Assembly (NCBI GenBank): GCA_036172245.1
Contig: JAYWIR010000003.1
Span: forward strand, 4,464,001-4,528,000
Reading direction: 5' to 3'
DNA from: Raillietiella orientalis
Taxonomy: Eukaryota
Length of the DNA: 64,000 bases
Below, in pieces: positions 46,767 through 60,400 of this stretch. The translations under genes were made by a program, and so were the position numbers. The notes under the pieces are model-generated. The model saw nothing but the letters and a program-made list of their open reading frames with translations, was not told the DNA's origin and ran no database searches. Numbering within the stretch: the first letter of the stretch is position 1; each line of letters starts with the position of its first letter.

Positions 46767-47899
46767 ATGCCATGGGAACTTGTTTATTGCTCTGGCAAAA
46801 AAATAGTGCCCGTGAGCTTTGGAGCGAGAGAAAACGCAGCCGAAAAAAGCGGAGGCTGAGGATGCTGCTGGTACTTGTCTTCGCGGGCACGCTGGAATCG
46901 ATGCGTTCCGCACCGCTTGCCCTTTTTGGCATGTGGCACCACACAACTGCAGTCCTCCTCTGTTGTCAAGATCTGGGGGCAGGGATCTTGAAATCCAAGC
47001 AAGAGTGGTAACGAGACGATGCGGTGTAAGCCGTCTTCCTGGTGGTGACGCCACAGTAACCCAGTGATCACAGATCACAGTGGGCATGAGCTGGGCACTT
47101 GGCGCATCTTTTTCGAAACCGCAGTCCGGCGAAAAGGGCAAGTGCACTCACCGGCGACTGGAGGGAACAAGCTACGGACGGAGCGGATTGGCACAAGATG
47201 AGACCACTGAGCGAGGAAGCGGCTAGGCTAGCTGCGGGCAGGTCTGCAACTTCTGCTGAAGGAAAAATGCCTGAGCGATTGGGTACACATCAACATCACA
47301 GCCGGGCAATCTGTCAAACATCGGGATCTTGAGTCGAAGAAATGGTCATGCCTGCTGTGACTTTCGGTAGAGCTGGCGATGATGAGTCTTCGGAACAACT
47401 TCGGAACTACTCGGCAACGCATTCCAGGAAACTATAACTTCGTGGATGGCGCCGTAGTCTGGCTCCTTCCAGAAGAGAATGAGCTGCACAAAAAGAATGT
47501 TTTTAATGTCCATCACATATGAAGGAACATCTTGACGACCTCAGAAAACTCTCTTGCACCGAGTGAAACATCGTTCGAATCAAGAACTGAAGAACGGGTC
47601 TCGAATCCTGCGAACGTCGCATCCGTGCTCTGTAAGAAAACCTCCCACGGCGGACAAGTCTCCACATCTCAGCGCTGTTTTGCGTGCCGTGAGATGAAGA
47701 TCAGGCAGGAACTGAAGACATTTAGGGGGTGCTTCTTTCTTGGAGAATCTAATTAGTACGTTGACTCGCATTCGCGAGAATTGTAGCAGGAATGGAGAGA
47801 AGGAATAAGAGAGGGGTAAAGAACGCTTGTCTGTTCCTGAGCATGTGTCTCTTCCTCCCTCCCCCCTTTCCCCCCCAGTAAGAGTCCTTGATGGCTGGC

Positions 47900-50800
47900 C
47901 AACTCAGCACGCAGTTTTCTATCGTTGGGCCCCCGAACACTTTGCCGCTGTAGAAACGCCCCTGTGAGAAGAAGATTTCACACTCCTTAGCTCTGTGGAA
48001 AAGCACCAGGTGTTTCCTGGGAGACATTTGTCGACAGAAAATCAATCTCCCCGCTATCCTGGAAGGAGCAGCATGGCTGGCTGGCACGGATCCAGCAAGC
48101 TTCCGATTTCCCATTTTCTTGGGGGGATCGATCGCCTGAAATTTAAGCCCTCTCACAACAGACCTCTTCCTTCTCATCTTTGCTGCTGCGTTGCTGTTGC
48201 TTCCGGCTCTTTCCTTATCCCCCCACCCAGGAGCCTGGCTCGTTGCTTCCATCCGTCAACTCCTCCATTTGGATTCTGGGGTAACCGGGTGTTCCGGGGT
48301 TCTCTCCGAACGGCCGGGGAGCGACGAGCCTCCCCTAAAGAGATGACGAGAATAGAAGAAGGACAGCGAAAGGTCATCTTGCAGTCGTCTCCAGAGATGG
48401 TCGGGCCTGTTGAGGCAAGAATTAGGCGTCCACAGAAAAGACCTTCAACGTCCCGACAGCAAAATGAGGAAGACGGCGCCTTTTCCGATGGAGAAAGTGC
48501 TCTTGTAGGACTCTTCTATGGATTTCCCCACCTCTTTGGTCCCTCTTCTTTTCCTTCTCCTTTTCGCCTCCTTCTCCTTTTGTCTCCGGTCCTGGAGTGC
48601 GTAAGGAGACGAACAATAAGTTCATCATTCCCTCCTTTCTGGGACAGTTCCCTAAGATCTTCAGAGGTACTCGCTGCACTCTGGAGCTTGCCACGTTCCA
48701 TGGCAACCTGTCTTCACCTCGGCTCTTGGAGACCGTTGTGATTCTTTAGAAAATCGGTTCCGCGTCAACGAGATCCCTTACTTGCTGCTCCCCTTGGGCG
48801 CATCATTTTTTTCCCCTCTATAAAGCAAAGCCTTCCCCAGTGGGCTCCACGGAAGTGCGTGCGACAAGCGATCCTGCGGCGAAAGCGTGTTCTCTGAGGC
48901 TCTCGCTCCACGCAGACGAGCGTGGATTGTGGCTGCGCGAGGGTCTGAGCAAAATCCACGAGAAAAGCGGCTCGACTTCCTCTCCTCCATCGAAACCCGA
49001 AGAAGCTTACTTGAGTGGAGGGAACGAGGTTCAAGGGGAGTTACGTGGCTTGAGTGAGCCCCTCCGTCTCTCAGCAGGTGGCTCGATCGGAGCACGGAGT
49101 ACTCCGCTAGACATCGCGGGTGCAGTGGTTTCTTGGAGACGATGCAGCTACTGCGATGGTGACGGCATGGAAGCCTCCTGCACAGGGACCGATCAGGAAG
49201 ACTTCCAGTTGGCCTCCCTACCCCCTGACCACGGGAGATGCGGAAACTGCGCCATCATCCTTTTCCCGAGGCGTCCCGAGCTTCACATTCGTTTGCGAAT
49301 GAGCGAAGAAGGCTCCTGCAAGAGTGGGGTCGAGGATGGAGTAGGCGGGTGAGAAAGTGAGGATGGGATAGGAGGCACCGAACTGGAGGTATGAAATGGA
49401 GGTGAGATGGATTAAGGCCTGCCAGATGCAGTTTAAAGAAGGAAGGGATGGAATCGAGGGTAAAAGAGGTAGGAATTGGAGTAACGAGTGATGGTGGAGA
49501 AGCATTGCAATGGGGCTGGAAAAAGTAACTTTGGAATGGAGGTATGGATCAAGATCGAGGAAAGTAAGGATAAGCACGGAAATAAGCATCGGGTGGAATC
49601 GGAAATGGGGCGCGGGAGGGTGCCAATAGTGGAAGGAGTGAGAAATAGGGGCATAAAGAAAGAAGGTCCGCAGAATGAACGTGGCCATGACTCATTGATT
49701 CCTCTGTTTGCTTCCTTTTTCTGAATCCGGGAATTCCCGGATGAAGTGGAAGCAAGCGCCCCTCCCACCTCATAGCCGCTTCCGCCGCTTTCACCTCGCC
49801 TTCATGAAGGGGAAGCTCTGATTCAGACAGGCTCTCTTCCGAACAGGCAGCGATCTGGGATCCAAGTACCCACTCCTTCCATACTTTTCTCCCAGCTTTC
49901 CATCGGATGCCATCGGTTCTTCTCCTCCTCTCCCTCTCCTCCTCACCATCATCATCATTGTCGTATGACATTGCGTGCGCACTCGAAAGGGAGGAACCCT
50001 TCGTCTGGAAGCCGCCCTACGGGCTTCGCTGAGAAAGCTGCAGGGCAGACGAAAACTCCAGAGATTTGGCCGACGCTTCCACTAATCCTAGAGACCAAAC
50101 TGGAAGTCTTCGAGCTACTGAGGGCGGTGCCAGTGTTCCAAGACTTGGGCCTCCCTCCGAAGAATGGTGTGAGGCAAGCCCACTGTATCCTACGATCTGT
50201 CCGGTTGGAGTGACCTCTTCCGGATGATGACAGAATCATTCAGTGACCTCCGCCTCCAGCAATCTGCGAGTTTTCAGGTGCCAATAGATCTTCCTCACAA
50301 GTTTGAGAAAGTCAGCAAGCCTTGTCATCTTTTAGCTGCTCTTTTTTCAACTGAGGCATCAGGGAACATCTCCCGATCAAAGGGTCAGGTTTTGGTGTCA
50401 CGGAAACGCTTCCATGAAGACAATACTTTTTGAAAGAAGGTAACAGCGCGTCAGCACTTACATCGTTTCCATGGTGAGGAAGCCGTCGAGAGCTTTCAAA
50501 CAAGCGGAAGGACGCGGCAATTTTCCCTGGGCTCACCTCTTTCCCCCAGGGATAAGATTCCTCTATTGAATATCTGAATAACTGGTCATCTGCTTGATCC
50601 CTTGCTGCAGAGGCATCCTTGACTGTGGCACTTAGGAGCAAAATGGTAACTCTCGATGGGCTCCATGCTTCACTCACCAGGTCCCCTCTCTTTCCACAAT
50701 CCTATTCGTAAGCAAAAAATCCAGGGAAGCATCCACCCTCACAGAATGATACTCTGACCCACCCTTCACGTCCCTTATCCCCTCCAGGTCGCTCCCCACC

Positions 50801-51130
50801 TGGTGATTCCATCAGTTCTATTCATCCCGTTCTTTCCGAAAGAATCGCCTACTCCAAGAAGGAAAGGAAGTAATCTCGACGCCCAGCAGTGCCGATAGGA
50901 AGACAGACAGCAGCTATTACCGTGATGCAGAGTGGCCACCCTGGGCCAAAGGAGAGAAATTCAGTTGAAAACGGTGACCTTTTGGAGCGATTCTTGGCCA
51001 TTGGGAAGAAACAGTTGCCACGCGAGTCTATCCAAAGAATGGGGAGGCCGGAATATCCGGGAGATTTTGGTACGGAAGGACTTGGCTGGCGCCTCCTTCT
51101 CGTCGGAAGAAACTCTCTCCTACGGAGTCT
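47900..51130 (-). mobile_element. Fragmented LINE RT relic(s) with interruptions
   Basis: 'PKSPGYSGLP' (about 51065), 'KRGD..AWSP..ILLL' (about 50670), 'PLKILGN' (about 48660) and 'RLPQNPNGGVDG' (about 48280). Spacing is not canonical, so insertions or several elements are likely. Confidence 0.4.
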
Positions 51131-51649
51131 CATCCGTCAACACCGCACCGTCCGAGGTTGTGGAAAGCAGGACTGAGAGATGGTTAGTAGACCGAAAACC
51201 CACAGTCTGCTTTTCTAGCGTCGAGAGACTCGTCCTGTATGTAAAGCGAAACCGTAAGGAATCAGAAACACACTGCTTCTCGGTGCCTGTGATGGCTAGT
51301 TCCTCAAACTCGGAAGAAACCGTTCCTTCGAGGAGTCTCGCAGATCCGCTGAGCTGTCATAAACCCCATCCGGAGAAAGTTGGAGCACGTCCGGAGAACC
51401 GGTGTGAGGAAAATGCCAGTTCCAAGGACTTTCCGATGAAAAATCCCAGGGCCTTCGGCACTTCTGCACGAAAGCTGCAGAGTGCAGCAGAGTGCTCCTC
51501 TCGTTAACCAGGAACACGCGCTGCACCGCCACTCGAGAGACCGGAGATTCTGGAATGGCGGAGCGCTCTTGACCAGTCGCTGGGGGAGGAGTCTGAGGCG
51601 TGTGTTTGCACGTGAGCGCCCCTGGGTGTCTTGAGGCAGAGCGGGCGGA

Positions 51650-52250
51650 TGTGGGTTGCCGCTTGGTGAGGGACGACTGTTTCAGTTTCTTCTCTTCTTC
51701 ATCGCGCTCAACGGAAGAGACGCCTTCGGTCTTCTGCTCCCCTTTCTCGCCTCCCGTCTGTCGACAGATTGAACCCTTTGAGAGATTCCAGACGCTCTCT
51801 CCTCGATGACAGCAGCCACCAGGGAGGTATCGATCGGTAGAGCGTTGCCACAGAAACTATCTGCACTTCTCGTCCTCCTACTTAGGATGTTCCCAGAGCT
51901 GCGGCCAAATTGCTGGAAGTGCTGAAGAGCGCTGCGGCAGAATCTCATGACGGAGCAAGAGGAAGCCCAAGAAGTCTGCCACTGAGGATACACGTAGCCA
52001 GCATCCTCAAGGTCCACCCATCCACACCAGAAGGATGAAAGTCTCGTAAGGCAGGTGATCTATGCCCCCAGGAGGTCGCTTCGGAGGATTCGAACTGCTT
52101 CCTCCTGGCCTCTCCTTGTGCATCCGCATCCAGCGAAGGTTCCAGACTGTCGATTTCCGTTGGTGCCTCGAGATCTCAAGGCCGTGGCATCCATCCAAGT
52201 CGAACCGGAGGACGCCGAGAATCCGAGCCCCCAGGCTGCAAGGAGGCATC
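51650..52250 (-). mobile_element. Possible LINE RT-thumb relic
   Basis: 'RILGVLRFD' (cf. KILGV.F); otherwise decayed. Confidence 0.3.
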
Positions 52251-55200
52251 CTCGGTTCGAATCTGCCCTCTAGATGACGCACGCACCTTCTACCCCCCCC
52301 CCCTACCCCCTACCCCTCCACCCTCCTGTCCTTTCCTTCTCTGCATGCACCTCGGAGGCCCGTCTGCGTTTAAAAGGCGGAGGTAAATTGGTACTGCAAG
52401 AGGGAGTGGGCCGCCAAACTCTCCTCTCCCTCTCTACCCAGAGATCTTGACCATCCCTCTAACTGATTTCCTATCGAACTTTCGGTTCTGAATGGGGCGC
52501 ACGCTGCCGCGCCTTGGTAGTGCACGGTGCTCGTCGCCAAGCAACGTGGTTGACGCCTGTGGAGCCACCCTTCCACGCGTCGGCGGAGGTGCGTGCGCCG
52601 GTTGACCCCCTTTCCTTCGGTTACGTAAGGAGGGGGCCGGTAACCACATTTTCATGGGGCTGTTGCGCCCTTCCGCTGGATTCTTCACAAGAAGGGTCCG
52701 GAAGAGGAGCTGTGCGCGCGCGCCGCTGCGATCCGCGGCATGCAGCAAAAGCCACGGGTTAGCGCGCGGCACGTACGCACGCGCCCGGTCCAGTGAGGCG
52801 AGCAAGCGCGCCTTCACCTTGCCAGAGCACTCCAGAGAGAGAGTTCCTGAGCGCTCCTTCCCGCAGTCGTGCCGCCCCAAGCGCTGCGTCTGCGCCCTCA
52901 GCAGAGGCGACATCTTGGCGCGCCCTCGTCCGCTCTCGTACACCGCTCTTCCGGCGGAGGGACATCTGCCTCTTTCCCCCCGTCGTCTTTGAAAAGGATG
53001 GCGGGACATCAGCCGATTTAGCCGGGCCGCACGCACGCACCGGCGGCTCCTCTCGTGTTCCGCCAGGGGGCACCGCCAGAGTGCATGGCAGCGACTCTCT
53101 CTTCCCCTTTCTCGGAGCAACCTGGTTGCGGGGAAGGGGGGGACGGTTCTCTTTCTGGTCCTAAAAAAAAATGACTCTCCTCCATTTCTCTCCCTCCTCC
53201 TCTATCCTTCGACCCGAGTTTCGCTCTGGCGTCCTGAGAGTCCGACGGAACCTGTTGCTTTCGGGATTTGCCGTTTCCCTCCTTTTACTCTGGGAACCTG
53301 GGAGGACTTTGTACGGTCACACGGCTTCGTATTGGGACTGCGCTGCCAGTAGGTCGGAGTGGATCGAGTGGTTGAGTCAGCAGGTCAATAGCGTCACGGA
53401 AGGACGCGCGGCTTCCGGAGCTCCAAGTCCCGGAAATTCCCAGGCGAATTTCGGAACTCCGGACTTTCTAGTCGATGATGCTTTTGTCCGCCTTGCTCTG
53501 CCAGCACGTCTCCATCTCGTTGGTGGGGCACCACAGCAGGACCTTCTCGGGAGCGGCACTGCGCACATTCTCAGGGAGGATCTTGGAGGAAGGGCTCGTG
53601 CGCGCACTGCGTCATTCGCCGAGACCCTCCCTTGCCCACGCTTCCGCAGTGAGCCGGAGGCTGCAGGAGGGCTGGAAGCACATCTCGGGGGTACCTCACC
53701 TCCTCGGAGATGCTGCCTGGACCCAAGGTCAGTCCAGAGGGTTCACCGTGCCCGCGAAACATCGGAAGACTCTCAGCTTCGGGGCTGCATCCTGAGAACC
53801 CTGAGCATCTCTCTCGTGAATACAGAACCCTGTGGGGGATAGGGTCAAGGTCAGGAGCCGGGCGCAAACGCGGAGCCACCGAATCCCCCTCATCTCCCTG
53901 CGCTCAGCAGTGCAGGTCTCGCGTCATGTCATCTCCAATTGACCCGAGTCTGAAGGAACTGTGTGGGAAGGTGCCTCAGGGCAACCGCAGAGGGAATGGA
54001 ACTTGACCGTTATGAGCACCCTACGCAAGCCCTCCGAGGATGCAAGCGCAAGGGTTGGGTTCCGGGCAGATCTGTTGCGCTCCCCTAAAGGGAGCCGGAG
54101 GCCCTACTCTCGAACCTGGTCACCTTGCCAGTCCCCCCTTCCCTTTTGCATGAAGCTGGCACCCATCCTCCACTGGGCTTTACCCGCGCAGCGGGCGCTC
54201 CCATCGCGCGGCACCGCACGCGAAAGTCCCCGCGAACTACGCGGGCCGGGAATCTGAGAAAACCCACCATCTTGAGGTTCCCACTGGACTGCGATGCCCT
54301 TCGTTCTGTCTGGAAGCACGTGGCAGGGAGCACAGCCGGACGACCCTTCCCAGTGAGCTGGAGTGGTTCTTCTTCATCCAGGATGGACTTTCGCCGGTCG
54401 CAGCGGTTGTCGCTATCTTGTGTTGCACACGAGGCGTCGGGGCAGCCTCCCGGACATCTCCATGTTACGAGGGAGACCAGAAAGGCGGTCTCTCCTGGCT
54501 CCAGAGGCGAGAGGGGTTGTCGCCCCTCGCCCTCGTCCTTCGAACCATAAGTGCTGGAACAGGCTGACCTTTGCCTGCCCCTCCCCCATTATTCATTCAC
54601 TTTCTGGTTCGCTGTGTCCATACCCCATTGCTACGCCAGATTTTTCTCATCTTGGACCAGCTGACCTCGCGTGGGACACCACCCCCTCCCTTTCCTGCGT
54701 AGGATTCCAGCAGAACTGGGTGAGAAGCGCAGACCCTCGGTAGGCGACTCCATCGCGTCGGGGGAAACTCACATCCACTTCCCACTCCCTATTTACCGAT
54801 CGATTAGACTTGCCTTCCTCCCTAGCTGTACTCCCGGCGAGGCTGGACCTTTTTCTCTCCAGCCGACGGATGTCGGGACCCTCCTTGTAAATTTTATTTA
54901 TCTACCGAGCCCAAGGTGAAGAGATTCTTCCTCGTGGAATCCTCCGTGCCATCCAACCGTGCACCAAGTGCGGGGGAGCATCAATATCTGCCCTATTCCG
55001 GTCGCTGCTGGATTCCACCTTCCGGCAGCGGCCCCCGCACCGCGCGCTCCCCCGGCGTTTCGCCGCCGGAGAAACAACGTTGGAGTTCTCCCCCACAGAG
55101 AGGGAACCTCCGGCATGGGACGGCCGTCGTCGAGAGCCAGCCAATAGGGACGAGTCTTCCCATGAACGCCCGCCGTTCATCCTCCCCTTTCCTGGACCCC

Positions 55201-56549
55201 TCGGTGCCTACGCCCCGACCGGAAGAGCTCGGATCCATGGCGACGGAGGGTGGAGACCCTCCTTTCCCGCACTCTCAAAGATTCCTGGAGAAGACGCACC
55301 TCCCTTCCCTGCTCCTCTCCGTCCTCGAAGCCTCCGGAGCCACGCAGGCAGACTCCAAGGCAACTGCGACGAGAGGTGGGGGAGGGGAGGGAAGGGAACA
55401 TGCAGCGGCTGCAGCTTCTGCTCCTCACGGGCTAAGAAGTAGCAGCAAGTCCTCTTCTTCCTCTGGAGGATCGGTCGCTGGCCTTCCGGTCTGCGCTCCC
55501 GGGGGAAGCGGAGCGAGAACACGCGCACGGGACGCTCACCTTCGCGGGTGCCTTCGGTGGTCCTGAGAGTCTCTGGGATTCCCACGGGACCTCTTCCGTC
55601 TCCCGCCGCTGCAGCGCTGCCACCGGAACCCCCGCAGGGTTCCCGACGAAGGTTCCCGCGGAGCCTCAGCGCGCAGGGCTCTGTTGCTCGTTTTGCCCGG
55701 CCACCGGTTGCTCCCGGAGCTTGGTCGTTCCGGGACGATCCGGCCAGGACGTTTCCCCGGACACGCGGTCCTCCCCTCCTTCCCTGGGAGCGGACGACGG
55801 AGCTCTGGCGGTCAGGTCGGCGAGCGAGCGCCGGCCCCGCCCCCGACTGCACGCGACCTCCCCGGTCCCTCCCTCCGCGCGCTGCATCCGCCGTAAGCGG
55901 AGGTGGCGGGAAGTGCAATTGCAGCGCAGCGGACGTGCCGGCGCGCCCGAGTTCCGGCGCCGGAAATCCGCCGCTGCATGGCGGCGAACCCCCCCAAACC
56001 CTCCCCCCCCCGCCCAGTCCCGGTTCCGAGGATCGCGTGATCTCGAAGCCGCCGTTTTCGCGCGTCCGGAGCGCGGAGTCCCCGGTTCCCTCTCCGCGTT
56101 CCGACGCACCGAAAACAAAAGCAAAGGGGAGGAAGAATCCCTTCCAGGATGCACATCCCGCTTGGCGTCGCATCCAAAAATAAGCGTTCCCGAAAATAGA
56201 TGCGCGGGCTTCCTGAAAGCAGAGAGCACCGTTGACAAATGCCTCCAACGGGCTATTTACAATACAAACGAACACAACGTCAGGTAGGCGGTATGTCTTT
56301 TGTTCTTGCGCGACAGATGACGGATGGTGTAAGGAAACGCGTGCTAGCCAGCGCGCACCCGATACTCCTGTCGGAAGACCGCTAGCCCGTCCTTCCCTGC
56401 TCGCCGGAGAGCGGGAGGAAGCCGGACGCCTGCTCCCGGCAGGTGAAACTCGTCGGCCACCACCACTCGCTTCGGGAAGGCGGATTTCCCTCCACACCGC
56501 TGCTCTTCCTCCATGTGAACGGCCGTTTCTTCAGGGCAAATCAAAAAAG

Positions 56550-57400
56550 AAGAACGAAAGAAAATGGCCGCCCATCGTGCTCGGATGCGGCGGTGCGCCG
56601 GAGTTCCTCCTTGCTGGGTGGGGATTTTCGGCAGGACCCGCACCTCCAGCTGTCTTCCCCTTCCTCCACTCTTTCCGGTGTCCCCCGGACACCCTCGACG
56701 CCCGCGAACGACTGCAGCAGGAACAGGAATGGAGGCATCCCTTGCCGTCGTCATCACCAGTGCTCCTGGCAACCAGCCGGACAGGGACGCAGCCGTGGGT
56801 CAGCAGTCCAGTGACTCGGCGCAGTCACGAGCGGATCGCAAAAAACGTGCACGTGCTGCGTGCCCACGAATCGTTCGCCGGGGCAGCACCGGTTCTTCGT
56901 CTCCCATCCTCTCGGCATAAATCGAAAAGCCGGATGGAAACAGATGCAGGACCCTTACTGCAAGAGGGAAGAGTCGGGTTGGTTCGACTTTCGGGTTTCC
57001 CTATGAGTGTGGGATTAGGCAGGAATCCACGTATCCCGCCGGTCCTCTCAAACCCGATGAAAACTGCAGCTGCCATGACTTTCAGCCACTTTCTTCTTGT
57101 GCGAACGCGGCAATCCCCCTCGCCGTTCTTGCACGTTCATCCAGAAGCTCTGTCCAACGATGTTGAACCTCCTGACCCCACGACAAGGGGTGGTTTGGTG
57201 ACTCTCGAAACCGGAACAGGAATTTCCCTCGGGTTCCCTTGAAAGCGGCACGCAGAGGCCGAACGATAATTCGAGTGGACGCATGTGGATGTCCCTGGAA
57301 GAGCAAGGGCAACTTTGCAAAACCTCTTTCTTTCTTCCCTTTAGCCATTCTCCTAAAGAGCATTTCCCAAATGGAGCCAAACTTTGATAATTACACCAAG
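56550..57400 (-). mobile_element. Decayed LINE RT relic
   Basis: 'DIHMRPLEL', 'SHQTTPCRG', 'GGIRGFLPNPTL' and 'SWARSTCTFF' occur in RT motif order, with imperfect spacing. Confidence 0.4.
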
Positions 57401-60400
57401 ATCTTTAGGATAAGCAGGCATTAATTGGTATCCTAGGGAACGCATCAGACGTTCTCGCAGCGGAAATCTTCTCGGAGTGCATCAAACAAATGACATGCAC
57501 GGGAAGCTTCTACGGGCTTGGGTGTAATTAGAGTGCCCTCGTAAATAGGAATTTAAATAAGCATAGCAGACTTATTTTAGGATCTTTCCAAAGCGCCCCC
57601 TCCCCAATGCTACCCTGTGTGATGAACACCTTGTAATCTTGCAAATAGTACCGAGGATCCCTTGAAGAATTTTGCTCAATTCAGCCCATTGAAATGACTT
57701 GCCCAGATTGTTCTCAACAGCTTACGACGAAGAGTAAGGCTTGCAAAAAGTGGGATGCGTCACCAAATGATCTCAATAAGAATTCTCGAGTGTTTCGTTT
57801 CGGTCCTGATCTGCAATGTACTGATCCTGAAATCAAGCGCTGACAAGGTACAACCTGGAAAGAAAAAAAGAACATTTCGAAACGGAAGACTCCGCTGTTT
57901 TCTTTGGCTCCAAAGCTGAAGCACTTCACCCCTCTAAGAAAGGGCTTATTGAAGGTTCGCCACGGATGCATGGGGATCCGAGAACTTGCAACAGGCAGAG
58001 GAACAAGCAGCTTCGGGGAAAACCCTTCTTCTAGGCCGGGGGAAGCTTGGTCACTTGCCAAGCCTAGCTCGGCCGATGACCTCTGTGGAAGGCGCCTTCT
58101 TCTTCGCCTATCTTCGGGCCCAAATCTCTCCTCCTTGTCGCACGCCCACGTCTACTCTTGAAGTTGCGCAGAGATGCAACTTAAACCCTCAGGCACTAAC
58201 GTCCGCTGGAACGAACGTCGGGCCAGCTAGGTGGACAATGGGAAGTGACGTCCTGGCGACGCGCCATCTTGTTTACGAATCCTCAGCGGTGTGTTGTTGC
58301 CGCTATGGGGTTCCCACGGAGTGTTTGAGGAACCCTTGCAAATGCACGTGAGAAGTGTTTCCGTAATTGCAGCCATTATCGTTACCACGCCCGATTTGAC
58401 CGGCGTAACAAGGCTGGGGATGTCCATCGCAGCATCCCACTCACACATCGGAAAAGTATGCACAGCAGAAAACGCAAAGAGATGCTCGGACGTTTCCGAA
58501 AGGGACACAAAGAAAGGGAGGGAGAGAAAGAAAAGAAGAAAAAAAGTGTGGCTGCTCTTTGTGACCAAAAAAACGGCTACCAAGATGTATGTTGGGACCT
58601 GGTAGAGGTCATAACATGCTCATCTCGTGCCTGGGATCGAAGCCCGGAGCCACAGGTGGGTGCTTGAGTGAGTTCTTTCTGGGTCACATGTGACAAGAGG
58701 ATCGAGCACGGACTCGGGCGCGTGACGCGCGTGCGTGCGTCCGCTGCGAGAATGGGGCGTGGCGCGTGCGAGTGGTTTCTCTTTCGAATAGCGACGCATG
58801 GCGGCGGCAAGCAAATCTTCGGTGGCTTCTTCTGTTTATTTTTCCTCTCCCCTCCGCCCGCCTACCTCGGGCGATTCGACCGTGCGTCACACCTCCTGCG
58901 TTCTGTTCCTCTGCAAGAAATCGATTTTCATTAAAATTTTATGATTTTTATTGATTGCGGGGAAATAAAGAATCCCTGCGGCAGGAGTGCACATCACGGC
59001 AATCAATATCGGTGCAACTCGTCGTCGAAGAGACGCCAATGTCGTGCAGGAGGGTTCCCCATCATCGTAATTAACTGCATGGCCTCGTATGTTTTCCGCT
59101 TCTTGCTCCCCCTCTTTCTTATTCTGCATTAAGCCTCACTTTCCGAGGAGGGAAAATATATAGATATATCTCCCTGGAAACAATAAAATGCAGACGTCAG
59201 CGGGACCCGGTCGGAGCATCCAGACGTGAGGTTCCCGTCTGCGAGCCACTGTCCGAGGTGAGTCCTGGAGAAGCCGGGATGCAGCAACGACCCAGTGCCA
59301 CGCTTGTTGGCTGGAATCCGGAAGGACGTCGCGGGATCGGCGGGTAGCACGCGCCAGAACAGGAGGAACCGGGAACGCAAAGGGAGGAAATCCCAGCCAG
59401 GGCCGGACAGCGTTCGGCCTATGTTGAGGGGGGAATCCTCTCTCCTTACGGCGTACACGTGAGGCTCCTGCCACTCAACTACGGCTCCCTTCTTTTCCTG
59501 GATGTCTCCGAGCGCGCTCTTCGCAGAAGGTCCACCTGGAGGAAGATGCGTAGCGTGCGGCGGAGCTTCCCTCCCGGTCGGAGGAGCGTCATCAGTCTCC
59601 CGGCAGATCAGATTTCCCGATGAGGCTCGAGGGTCGTGTGTTTTTTTCGTCACGGCTTTGCCTCAGGAAGAGCAGCAGCACGAGTGCGGCGGCTTTCCTC
59701 CCCCCCTAAGCGTGCCCTGGGGAGGATGCAGGATTCTGGACTCTTCAAGATGGAGCCACTCAGAGCCCCTACGAAGCTTTCATACGTGACCCTTTCCGTT
59801 TCCTGCTGGTCAAGTGTCTCATCGGCCGCACGCTGGGAAAGCTCAGGGCGCTTCCAGCCTCGGTGATTCTGCGACCGGAGGCCGGCAGCAGCCCCCAAAT
59901 CCATGGCGCCAGAAAAAAAACGGGAAGGAAGAGGGGGATTGGTCTTCCCCCACTCCTCCCTCACTTCCGGACCTTCCTTTCACGTGCCGTTTATCCGTCA
60001 TCTGCATTTTTCTGCAGAAGTAGAGATCTCGTTACCATGGCTAACGAGCCCGCTGGAACGGAAACAGCCAGCCGGATCGGCAGCGACGCTCCAGGGAATC
60101 GATCGTGGGGACGGGGATAGGAGAAGGGAGGAGAGGGAGTCGGACGAGGGACGCAAGCGCTGAGGGGGCAGCAGGCGACCTTGGTTCCCACATAAACGGC
60201 AGAGCACGCCCGCCGCCACCGGCGCGCTCCTTAGCTACGCGCTGTTGCTCCTGGAGAAACACGCCGAGCACTTCCGAATGGCCGGAGAGAGCTCTGCGGT
60301 CTTTCCGGGGCGAGGGGAAGACGTGGGAGAGGGAGAGCAAAGGTTTGCTGCTGCTGCTGTTCCTTCCATATCCTCACGCAGTACCGGGATTTTCTGTTCT

